DNA of 37,187 bases, taken from NCBI RefSeq assembly GCF_001194135.2, contig NC_068997.1, forward strand, positions 15,521,524 through 15,558,710. Reading direction: 5' to 3'. Position 1 is the first letter of the stretch, and the number at the start of each line of letters is the position of its first letter. The notes under the pieces were generated by a model. That model did not search any database. It had not been told where the DNA came from and saw only the letters and a program-made list of their open reading frames with translations. This document shows positions 1 to 8,599 of the stretch, one piece after another. The DNA is from Octopus bimaculoides (taxonomy: Eukaryota). The translations under genes were made by a program, and so were the position numbers.

Positions 1-295
1 TATATATATATACACATATGTATATATGTAGATAGGTAGATAGATAGATAGATAGATAGATTATTTTGTATAAATTTTCAACATTTTTTAATATATTTTG
101 AAACATATTTAAATATAATCTGTTTTTGTTTTCTGTTTTCCATTTGTTTTACAGGTGTTTTTTAAAAGTTTTTTCATGTCATATACAGCAAGCGTGGATT
201 TTGTTTGGGTACATGCAAGTTTCATCTCTTGTTTTCATTATTTAACCCTCTTAAAGCATATTTTTCCTGATTGTTTTTCTATGTCTATAAGCATG

Positions 296-380
296 TGCAT
301 GTGCATAATGTGTACATGTCTATACACACACATATACGCATATATATACATATATGTGTATGTGTGTAAATGTGTGTGTG

Positions 381-448
<68 letters not shown>

Positions 449-745
449 CATTGCAATATATATTATATATATTGGTTTACGCTTGTGTATATGTTTAGGC
501 ACACTTTTCACAGTAAATATATACTGGATTGTGTATCTTTATATGTATTTAATTACATTATTTCGAAGTACAAACAGACACACACCTTTACACAGCCATA
601 CACATGCACACAGAAACTTTACATACTCATATATGCACATACATAGATACATACATATATATATATGTATATATGTATGCATGTATGTATGTACGTATGT
701 GTGTATGAAATGTATATACATACACTTTAATAAGTACATATTTAA

Positions 746-786
<41 letters not shown>
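296..786. repeat. compound (TA)n/(CA)n/(TG)n microsatellite running into a gap
   Basis: Pure dinucleotide tracts; the overlapping ORFs are YI/IY/CV/HT homopolymeric translations. Confidence 0.95.
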
Positions 787-1605
787 NNNNNNNNNNNNNN
801 NNNNNNNNNNNNNNNNNNNNNNNNNNNNNNNNNNNNNNNNNNNNNNNNNNNNNNNNNNNNNNNNNNNNNNNNNNNNNNNNNNNNNNNNNNNNNNNNNNNN
901 NNNNNNNNNNNNNNNNNNNNNNNNNNNNNNNNNNNNNNNNNNNNNNNNNNNNNNNNNNNNNNNNNNNNNNNNNNNNNNNNNNNNNNNNNNNNNNNNNNNN
1001 NNNNNNNNNNNNNNNNNNNNNNNNNNNNNNNNNNNNNNNNNNNNNNNNNNNNNNNNNNNNNNNNNNNNNNNNNNNNNNNNNNNNNNNNNNNNNNNNNNNN
1101 NNNNNNNNNNNNNNNNNNNNNNNNNNNNNNNNNNNNNNNNNNNNNNNNNNNNNNNNNNNNNNNNNNNNNNNNNNNNNNNNNNNNNNNNNNNNNNNNNNNN
1201 NNNNNNNNNNNNNNNNNNNNNNNNNNNNNNNNNNNNNNNNNNNNNNNNNNNNNNNNNNNNNNNNNNNNNNNNNNNNNNNNNNNNNNNNNNNNNNNNNNNN
1301 NNNNNNNNNNNNNNNNNNNNNNNNNNNNNNNNNNNNNNNNNNNNNNNNNNNNNNNNNNNNNNNNNNNNNNNNNNNNNNNNNNNNNNNNNNNNNNNNNNNN
1401 NNNNNNNNNNNNNNNNNNNNNNNNNNNNNNNNNNNNNNNNNNNNNNNNNNNNNNNNNNNNNGTGATATTACATCATGGTCTGGCTGAATATTTTTTTCTG
1501 TTTAACAAAATTTCATAAATAGATTTTTTTTTTTCTCTTAATGATAGTGTATGTTTTTCTGACTTGTTTTGTAATTGTAATTTTTCCTACATTTGTTTGT
1601 TGATG

Positions 1606-1632
1606 ATAACAATAACAATGATAATAATAGTA

Positions 1633-1681
<49 letters not shown>

Positions 1682-1689
1682 TAATAAAA

Positions 1690-1741
<52 letters not shown>
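1606..1741. repeat. (AAT)n microsatellite
   Basis: Near-perfect AAT array. Confidence 0.95.
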
Positions 1742-1743
<2 letters not shown>

Positions 1744-1912
1744 AGGGGCTGCAGTAAGGGTGGAGGATTTGCAGAAAACAGCACTGCTTGGAACTGCTCA
1801 AATACTCCGTTAGGTACTTGAAAAATAAGAGGTGTTACCTTAGTTCACTGGTAGTGAACGGCTGACACTGTAATACATCGCCAACGTTAGAAGTTGTGCA
1901 AAGGCAATAATG

Positions 1913-1941
<29 letters not shown>
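1742..1941 (+). mobile_element. 3' end of an R4/Dong-type (restriction-like endonuclease) non-LTR retrotransposon with (AAT)n tail
   Basis: The frame from 1742 reads IGAAVRVEDLQKTALLGTAQILR*VLEK*, matching the LQKxxLLGTAxILR C-terminal motif of RLE-type LINE ORFs. About 80 nt of 3' UTR follows, then the (AAT)n tail from 1906. Confidence 0.75.
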
Positions 1942-1942
<1 letters not shown>

Positions 1943-1943
<1 letters not shown>

Positions 1944-2179
1944 TGGTTTCAAATTTTTGCCACAAGGGCAGCATTTTTGGGGGGAGGTGGTGAGGGGATG
2001 AGTCAATTACATGCCCCCCCCCTCCCACCAGTGCCCAACTGGTACTTCTTTTATCGACCCTGAAAGGATGAAAGGCAAAGTCGACTTCAGTGGAATTTGA
2101 ACTCAGAACGCAGCGACAGACGAAATACCACAAAGCATTTCGCCCAGTGTGCTAACGATTCTGCCAGTTTGCCACCTTT
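1943..2179 (-). mobile_element. tRNA-derived SINE, family A
   Basis: Contains the family A core actggtact...atcgaccc..gaaaggatgaaaggcaaagtcgac...ggaatttgaactcagaac. On the minus strand it has a tRNA-like head with a B-box-like GAGTTCAAATTCC. The same block recurs about 10 times in the window. Confidence 0.85.
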
Positions 2180-2185
2180 AGACTA

Positions 2186-2230
<45 letters not shown>

Positions 2231-2233
<3 letters not shown>

Positions 2234-2418
2234 CCTTTCTATTATAGGCACAAGGCCTCAAATTTGGGTGGGGGAAGAGGACTGGTCAATTACATTGACT
2301 CCAGTGTTTCACTGGTACCTAATTTATTTACCCAGAAAGGATGAAAGGCAAAGTCGACCTCAACGGTTGACTAAGTAGCTTTCCCAGCATGCTAAAGATC
2401 ATGCCAGCTAACCACCTT
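2231..2418 (-). mobile_element. SINE family A, internally deleted copy
   Basis: Shares ggcacaaggcc, actggtac and gaaaggatgaaaggcaaagtcgacct blocks with the other copies. Confidence 0.8.
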
Positions 2419-2450
2419 AATACTAATAACAATAATAATAATAATAATAA

Positions 2451-2570
2451 TGGCACAAGGGGACGGTGTAAGTCAATTACATTGACCCCCAGTGGTCAGT
2501 TGCTACTTATTGTATCAACCCTGACATGATGAAAGGCAAAATCCATCTTGGTGGATTCAAACTCAGAACA
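2451..2570 (-). mobile_element. SINE family A, 5'-truncated and diverged
   Basis: ggcacaagg...gtcaattacattgacccc...gatgaaaggcaaa...actcagaac. Confidence 0.7.
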
Positions 2571-2611
2571 TTGAGACCATTGAGACCTTTTTGATGACTC
2601 CAAATTTTTTC

Positions 2612-2650
<39 letters not shown>

Positions 2651-2657
2651 TACATAT

Positions 2658-2890
2658 CATCAGCATCATCATCATCATCTTTTAACGTCCGCTTTCCATG
2701 CTAGTATGGGTTGGACGATTTGACTGAAGACTGATAAAACCAGATGGCTACACCAGGCTCCAATCTGATTTGGCAGTTTCTACAGCTNNNNNNNNNNNNN
2801 NNNNNNNNNNNNNNNNNNNNNNNNNNNNNNNNNNNNTTACGTGTCACCTGCACGAAGGCCAGTCAGGCGGTACTGGCAACGGCCACGCTC
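2658..2890 (-). mobile_element. SINE-like family C (RTE-type 3' tail with (GAT)n end), gapped
   Basis: Reverse complement ends ...catggaaagcggacgttaaaagatgatgatg and matches the plus-strand copy at 7935-8325. Confidence 0.8.
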
Positions 2891-2925
<35 letters not shown>

Positions 2926-2945
2926 TGTATGTATGTATGTATATA

Positions 2946-3110
2946 TGGGAGAATATACAAATAATAACAACAGACGAGGACAGGTGGTGTAAATAACAAA
3001 AGGATATATTAGTATGACGCTCTGGAATACGGAAAGTCTTTGACGTTTCGAGCTACGCTCTTCAACAGAAAGAATACGGAGACAAGGAGAAAAACACGGA
3101 GAAAAAAAAT
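2946..3110 (-). mobile_element. short repeat fragment carrying a hammerhead-like motif, probable Penelope-like terminal (pseudo-LTR) remnant
   Basis: Contains the minimal hammerhead at 3037-3073. The TGAAG..N..CGAAACGT signature is typical of Penelope-like element termini. Confidence 0.55.
3037..3073 (-). ncRNA. minimal type I hammerhead-like ribozyme with variant core (CUGUUGA)
   Basis: Minus strand reads UCUUU-CUGUUGA-A-GAGC-GUA-GCUC-GAAAC-GUC-AAAGA: 5-bp stem I, 4-bp stem II, palindromic ACGU stem III and a canonical GUC cleavage triplet. Core position 6 is U instead of A. Confidence 0.6.
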
Positions 3111-3413
3111 TGTATATATGTATGTATATATATGTACGTATTATAGATAGATAGATAGATAGAGAGATAGATAGATAGAGAGATAGAGAGATATATGTAC
3201 ATATAAAATAAGGAGACAGCTGGGTTTTAAAGGTTCACAACAGCTGTTTCTGCAACATTTCTTTATTGATGATGGCATAGTTAGAACCATCCATATGTTG
3301 GATCTATTACTTGCATTGGATTCTTCAGTTCTATATTTAAAAGATGAGGAATAATGTACATTATTTACATTATTTACATTTGACAGATATTCGTCCTCAT
3401 CTTGTTTGTTGTT

Positions 3414-3495
3414 AACACAACGTTTCGGCTGATATAACCCCCANNNNNNNNNNCAACGTTTCGGCTGATATAACCCCCAGCCTTCATCAGGTGTC
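3414..3495 (-). ncRNA. minimal type I hammerhead ribozyme (split by a 10-N gap with duplicated flanks)
   Basis: Collapsing the 26-nt duplication around the gap gives GACAC-CUGAUGA-A-GGCUG-GGGGUUAUAU-CAGCC-GAAAC-GUU-GUGUU: intact CUGAUGA/GAAA core, 5-bp stem II, stem I GACAC/GUGUU and palindromic ACGU stem III. Confidence 0.75.
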
Positions 3496-3552
3496 TTGGG
3501 GAAATTTCGAACCTGGGTTCTCATTCCTAGGGTATTTTTTCATGTTGTTATT

Positions 3553-3583
<31 letters not shown>

Positions 3584-3584
3584 T

Positions 3585-3746
3585 TAGATAGAGAGATGAG
3601 TTCTTAAGGACCAATAAATAAGTTACTTTCGAGTTGCGCTTTTTCTCATTGAGTTGGCCGTAGTGATGGATTACGTCAGCTATGTTTACCTTAGTGATGG
3701 AATTTGGCAATTGTATACAAAAGTTAAGAACTCATCTCTCTATCTA
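3585..3746. mobile_element. MITE-like element with 23-bp perfect terminal inverted repeats
   Basis: tagatagagagatgagttcttaa (3585-3607) is the exact reverse complement of ttaagaactcatctctctatcta (3724-3746). Confidence 0.7.
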
Positions 3747-3812
3747 TTACATTTCTGCTAAGTTTCCAGTCCTCTATATAAACTATTATTATTATTATTA
3801 TTACTATTATTA

Positions 3813-3851
<39 letters not shown>

Positions 3852-3922
3852 TCACTTCCTGGAATCAAACTCAGAATTTTGGGGTTGGTAGCCCGCGCTC
3901 TTAACCACTACGTCATATGCCC

Positions 3923-3971
3923 AAACAAGATGAGGACAACTCCATCAAATGTAAATAATGTAAATAATGTA
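3923..3971 (+). repeat. inverted partial copy of the family D tail, abutting the SINE head
   Basis: aaacaagatgaggac...tcaaatgtaaataatgtaaataatgta matches the reverse complement of about 3357-3407 (15-nt and 27-nt identical blocks). Confidence 0.75.
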
Positions 3972-4408
3972 TTGCATCGGATTGTCGTGAATATACATGT
4001 GTATGTGTATATATGTGTGTGTGTGTGTGTGCGCGCGGGCGCGTGAGTATGATATTGATCTTCAATATTAAGAAAGCCACAAACCTTAAGTTGCTTCTTT
4101 TATATACAAATACTGAGAAGAAATCTTGCAGAACAGACTTCCTTTTAACGAGATACATCTTGTAATCAACTAAAGAGATGCATCTACTCTGATGGATATA
4201 CTTAAACCAGTTGTTCAGTATCGTACTCGTGAGGGAATCGATGCTAGATTGATCAAAACAATTGTAGTGATCAATAAACATTCTCATATCTTCCATCTTC
4301 CATCTCTCTCATTAATCAAATACTCAAATAACACTGCCAAAGTGAACATGCTTTAATGGTAAACTACCAGGTGCATACCATACGATTTATTAACTAATGA
4401 TATATATA

Positions 4409-4535
4409 CAGGGTGTCCACAAAATCTGGCTACATGGAGTAAATAAAATCATAACATAAACAATCAAATATAAGAAATAATGATTTCTTAAAGCATGTAT
4501 TAATCCCCATGTACCCAGACTTTGTGGACACCCTG
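4409..4535. mobile_element. Tc1/mariner-type MITE (127 bp, TA target duplication)
   Basis: TA-cagggtgtccacaaaatctggctacatgg ... ccatgtacccagactttgtggacaccctg-TA; 29 of 31 positions are complementary including the TA. Confidence 0.85.
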
Positions 4536-4545
4536 TATATATATA

Positions 4546-4578
<33 letters not shown>

Positions 4579-4737
4579 GCAGGAGTGGCTGTGTGGTAAG
4601 TAGCTTGCTAACCAACCACATGGTTCCGGGTTCAGTCTTACTGTGTGGCACCTTGGGGGAGTGTCTTCTACTATAGCCTCAGGCCGACCAAAGCCTTGTG
4701 AGTGGATTTGGTAAACAGAAACTGAAAGAAGCCCATC

Positions 4738-4781
<44 letters not shown>

Positions 4782-4900
4782 TTGTGTGTCCCTGTTNNNN
4801 NNNNNNAAAGAATAAGTCCTGGGGTCGATTTGTTCAACTAAAGGCTGTGCTCCAGCATGGCCGCAGTCAAATGACTGAAACAAGTAAAAGAGTAAAAGAG
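4579..4900 (+). mobile_element. tRNA-derived SINE, family B (internal (TA)n/(TG)n tract, gapped)
   Basis: Head gcaggagtggctgtgtggtaag...ggttccgggttcagtc, body gccgaccaaagccttgtgagtggatttgg...gaaactgaaagaagccc, tail ...gactgaaacaagtaaaaga. Confidence 0.85.
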
Positions 4901-4944
4901 AGTAATATATATACATGTATGTGTGTGTATGCATGTGTGTTTGT

Positions 4945-4976
<32 letters not shown>

Positions 4977-5026
4977 CTATGTATGTATTTATGTATGTAT
5001 ATGTATGTGTGTATACAATATGCAAC

Positions 5027-5140
5027 TTTCAGGTTTTGTCTTTCAAATCTACTCGCAAGGATTAGGTTGACCTTGTGGAAGACAGTTGGCCAATGTGTCA
5101 CACAATGAAACTGAACCCAAAATCACATGCTTGGCGAAGG
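5027..5140 (-). mobile_element. highly diverged SINE family B fragment
   Basis: tttcag..ttt..tct..caaatctactcgcaagg...gaagacagttggccaa..tgtcac...actgaaccca resembles the family B 5' half. Confidence 0.5.
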
Positions 5141-5764
5141 GCAGAATTTTTTTGAAGTCAGAGTTTTGGTAATCATGATTGTAGGAGTATTGATGAAGAG
5201 TAATAAATCGTTGACATCGTTTGATTCCAGAAAAATCCGACTCGCAGAAAGCAATAAACTGAGACATTACAAAATCCGAAAACAAGCCAGTTCAAGAAAT
5301 CACATGAAATACCCCAGATACTCGAGATATCAATGAAACTATGAAATCTATTGGTAAAAATCAGATAAAATATAATTATCTCACTGCTATGAGGGATAAG
5401 TGAACATGCAGAGATAAAAGTTAAAGAATTATTATGCAGAAAAAAAAAAGACAAAGAAACTAAATGGGAAATGACAATATCAAAGAGAAAGATATATCGG
5501 TATTCTTAAAAAAAAACAAAAAGTGTGATGGTGGGTGGGGAGAAGAGAAAAAGATATATATGTGGGGGGAAAAAAAAAAAGGAAAAATAGAATTCATGTC
5601 TAGCTTGCAATATAACAAGATATCTACAAATAAATAAATGAATGATATCGAAAATGAATAACATTTGAATAGTTGAGAAATAACTGGAACAGCAAAATGG
5701 AATAATAAATCTTTGGCAGAAAATTAGAAGATAATATTAACAAAAAAGAAAAAAAAAGATGATA

Positions 5765-6155
5765 TATGATAATCATCATCATCATCATTGTTGTCATCGT
5801 CATTGTTGTCATCATCATTGTTGTCATCATCATCATTATCAGAACCACTATGACCACCGTCATCATCAGCATCGATATCGTTCTTATCGTCATCATCATC
5901 GTCATCATCATCGTCATCGTTATTACTGTCACCATCATCGTTGTCATTGTTGTCATCGTCATTGTACACAAATCACCACCACTGCTACAACCACCACCAC
6001 CACCACTACAACCACCACCACCACCACCACCACCACCATCATCATTGTATCATTTTCAACATCATTATCACTATTACCGTCATCACTAACATCAGCCTCA
6101 TCATTGCCACTATTGTCGTCATCATTCCTATAGTTGTCATCATCATCATCATCAT
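5765..6155. repeat. compound (ATC)/(GTC)/(ACC) trinucleotide block
   Basis: Cryptically simple trinucleotide sequence that yields poly-H/I/D/T ORFs in several frames. Confidence 0.9.
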
Positions 6156-6244
6156 TGGAAGTGGGCTTTCAATGAGTCGTCAAAGTCTGAATCAGCCTGG
6201 CTCTCTCAGTCTGTTTATAACGTTGAGTGCTACCATCAATACAT

Positions 6245-6516
6245 CCTGCTAGCGAATTTAACGTGCAACTGGCTGAGCGCTCCACAAACACATACACCTT
6301 TGACATAGTCATCAGAGAGATCCAGCATGACACAGGATGTAACACAAAGCTGGCCCCCATTGAATCACAGGTACAACTTGTCTTAGCCAGCTGAGCGGTC
6401 TAGGGCAACACGAAATGAAGTGTCTTGGTCAAGAATGCAATTCTCTAGTGGGAATTGAACTCACAACCTTGCAATTGGGAGCTGAATATTCTAGCTGCTT
6501 AGCCATGTGCCTTCAC
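6245..6516 (-). mobile_element. tRNA-derived SINE, family E (single copy in window)
   Basis: Minus strand starts gtgaaggcacatggctaagcagctagaatattcagctcccaattgcaaggttgtgagttcaattccc (tRNA-like head with B-box-like GAGTTCAATTCC), followed by cttgaccaagacacttcattt. Confidence 0.65.
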
Positions 6517-6852
6517 TAAGGTCTAAATTAGTTCTTGCATGAAATTACTGTCCTCTTAGATGGACTGGAAAATTATGGCTCACCAATAAACCTTTGAATT
6601 TTAGCATTGTTTTTACTGCAAGTTACCATTTCTAAGGATAATCGTTTTATGGGGTATTCCAGATGCATTTTTATCATAGTAACAATATCAAAGAAGTTTT
6701 CATGCCTTCAGCAGCAGAAATATAGGGAGCATTCTACTCTTTGTTGTTTCTGTTTATTCAAAGCAAAAATGGTAAAGCGGGCAAATATGAGAAGGAATAA
6801 TGATAGAGAACTAGTGCAAGAGAACTCATAGAAAGGAAGCATGAGCATATAT

Positions 6853-6929
<77 letters not shown>

Positions 6930-6987
6930 NNNNNNNNNNNNNNNNNNNNNNNNNNNNNNNNNNNNNNNNNNNNNNNNNNNNNNNNNN

Positions 6988-7029
<42 letters not shown>

Positions 7030-7063
7030 CATACATACATACATACATACATACATACATACA

Positions 7064-7117
7064 TAGTGGGTGCTTTTACATGCCACTGGCACGAAGGCCA
7101 GTCAGGCGGTACTGGCA
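7064..7117 (-). mobile_element. SINE family C internal fragment
   Basis: agtgggtgcttttacatgccactggcacgaaggccagtcaggcggtactggca matches the reverse complement of about 8126-8180. Confidence 0.75.
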
Positions 7118-7154
7118 TATATATATATATTTATATATATATACATATATATTC

Positions 7155-7309
7155 ATGATGGGCTTCTTTCGGTTTCCATCTACCAAATCCACTCACAAGG
7201 CTTTGGTTAGCCCAAGGCAATAGCAGAAGACACTTGCCACATAGTGGGACTGAACCTGAAACCATGTGGTTGGTAAGCAAGCTACTTACCACACAGCCAC
7301 TCCTGTGCC
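7155..7309 (-). mobile_element. SINE family B, 5' half
   Basis: gggcttctttcggtttccatctaccaaatccactcacaaggc...cttaccacacagccactcctg. Confidence 0.85.
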
Positions 7310-7895
7310 TATAAATACATGCATACGTATGAGCATATGATGTGAAAGAGTTTTTGTGCGTCAGAAGTAACCAACAACCCAGAATCGTTTTATTCGATAT
7401 ACTGATATTTTTGATATATTAATATTCCACACTCGTATATCTAAGACAACAAGGAATAAAAAAGACTGAGATTAAATGATGTTTGAACCCATGATGTCAA
7501 AGTCAATCACAGAGAAATAGTAGCTCTGTAAATTCACATCTACCAAATAGCAAAAATCATCTGATCAGTCAGTAGGACAAAACCCTGGAGATAATATAAA
7601 ACACAACTTTGTTATATTTCTCGTAGACTAATTAGAAGAAGCCGCCACTCAATACAAATGATTTATCCCATGGTGATTCTCTCTTAATTACAAAGTTTAA
7701 TTCGTCTTCACCTTGATGTTGTTATGGAAACTTGTAAAAACCTAATAATGATTTTTCTCTTGACATAGACAGAGCAACAAAACATTTCTGTATCCTAGGC
7801 TATCATCTCCAGAAGCCATGATCTAAAGAAACAAAAAAAAAAAGAAAAAAAAACATTGGTACATTGAAATGAATGCCACACACTACAAAGATATA

Positions 7896-7934
<39 letters not shown>

Positions 7935-7938
<4 letters not shown>

Positions 7939-8325
7939 CTCAGCTTGCGAAGACCTGCTGGGGCAAGCGAAAGCGAAATCGTGATGGCACCTGTGCACAG
8001 CATCGCACTCCTGGCACTTGTGCCACTAGCACGTGTTAAGACATTCGAGCGAGATCGTTGCCAGTGCCGCTGGACTGGCTCCTGTGCAGGTGGCACGTAA
8101 AATACAGCATTTTGAGCATGGCCGTTGCCAGTATCACCTGACTGGCCTTCGTGCCGGTGGCACGTAAAAGCATCCACTACACTCTCGGAGTGGTTGGCAT
8201 TAGGAAGGGCATCCAGCTGTAGAAACTCTGCCAGATTAGATTGGAGCCTGGTGCAGCTATCTGGTTCACCAGTCTTCAGTCAAATCGTCCAACCCATGCT
8301 AGCATGGAAAGTGGATGTTAAACGA
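7935..8325 (+). mobile_element. SINE-like family C, near-complete 3' part with internal tandem hairpin modules
   Basis: Two ~67-bp internal units (gttgccagt-N8-actggc...gtggcacgtaaaa), then ...ccaacccatgctagcatggaaagtggatgttaaacga, an RTE-like tail with the palindrome ccatgctagcatgg. Confidence 0.8.
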
Positions 8326-8599
8326 CCCCGAAAGGATGAGAGGCAAAGATATAAGCACAAATCATTATTCTGAGATTCTAATAAACCTAGGTGAGGGAAT
8401 GAAATTTGCTTACAGTGTCCAAACCCAGTTTATCAGGAGGACATTCAAAGCATATTCATTACCTCCCCACCTCACTACCACCCGAAAATTTAGTGGGTGC
8501 ATTGCACCTACTGCACTCCCTCTTTCTGAGTCTATGTCTAATAATTCTGCCATAAAATGCATTTTTTCCAATTCTGCCAGCTTAGATAGAAATTTGTGG

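Larger units (their letters stand above)
3326..3922 (-). mobile_element. tRNA-headed SINE (family D) with (AAT)n linker and hammerhead-containing 3' tail, interrupted by a MITE-like insert
   Basis: Head 3922-3848 reads gggcatatgacgtagtggttaagagcgcggg...gagtttgattccagg (A-box-like TGACGTAGTGG, B-box-like GAGTTTGATTCC). An AAT-rich linker follows, then the tail ...ccaagacacCTGATGAaggctg...cagccGAAACGTTgtgtt...aatgtaaataatgta. Confidence 0.7.

Noticed and set aside
3418-3479. Apparent tandem dimer of the hammerhead (26 nt duplicated on both sides of a 10-N gap)
   Set aside because: The same pattern, an exact duplication across a 10-N gap, occurs at 31149-31338 in unrelated sequence, so it most likely reflects unmerged overlapping contigs. 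A true dimer cannot be excluded without reads.
3037-3495. The two hammerheads acting together as a hetero-dimeric double hammerhead releasing a ~375-nt retrozyme-like RNA
   Set aside because: A double hammerhead needs cross-pairing of stem I strands. GACAC cannot pair with AAAGA, nor UCUUU with GUGUU.
3848-3922. tRNA genes (this head and the heads of families A, B and E)
   Set aside because: A/B-box-like motifs are present, but there is no complete cloverleaf or acceptor stem and each runs into a SINE body.
5127-5454. Non-repetitive short ORFs at 5.1-5.4 kb (and similar ones at 4.05-4.3, 12.4-12.9 and 17.9 kb)
   Set aside because: I recognise no domain, the frames are interrupted by stops, and there is no consistent acceptor/donor pair.
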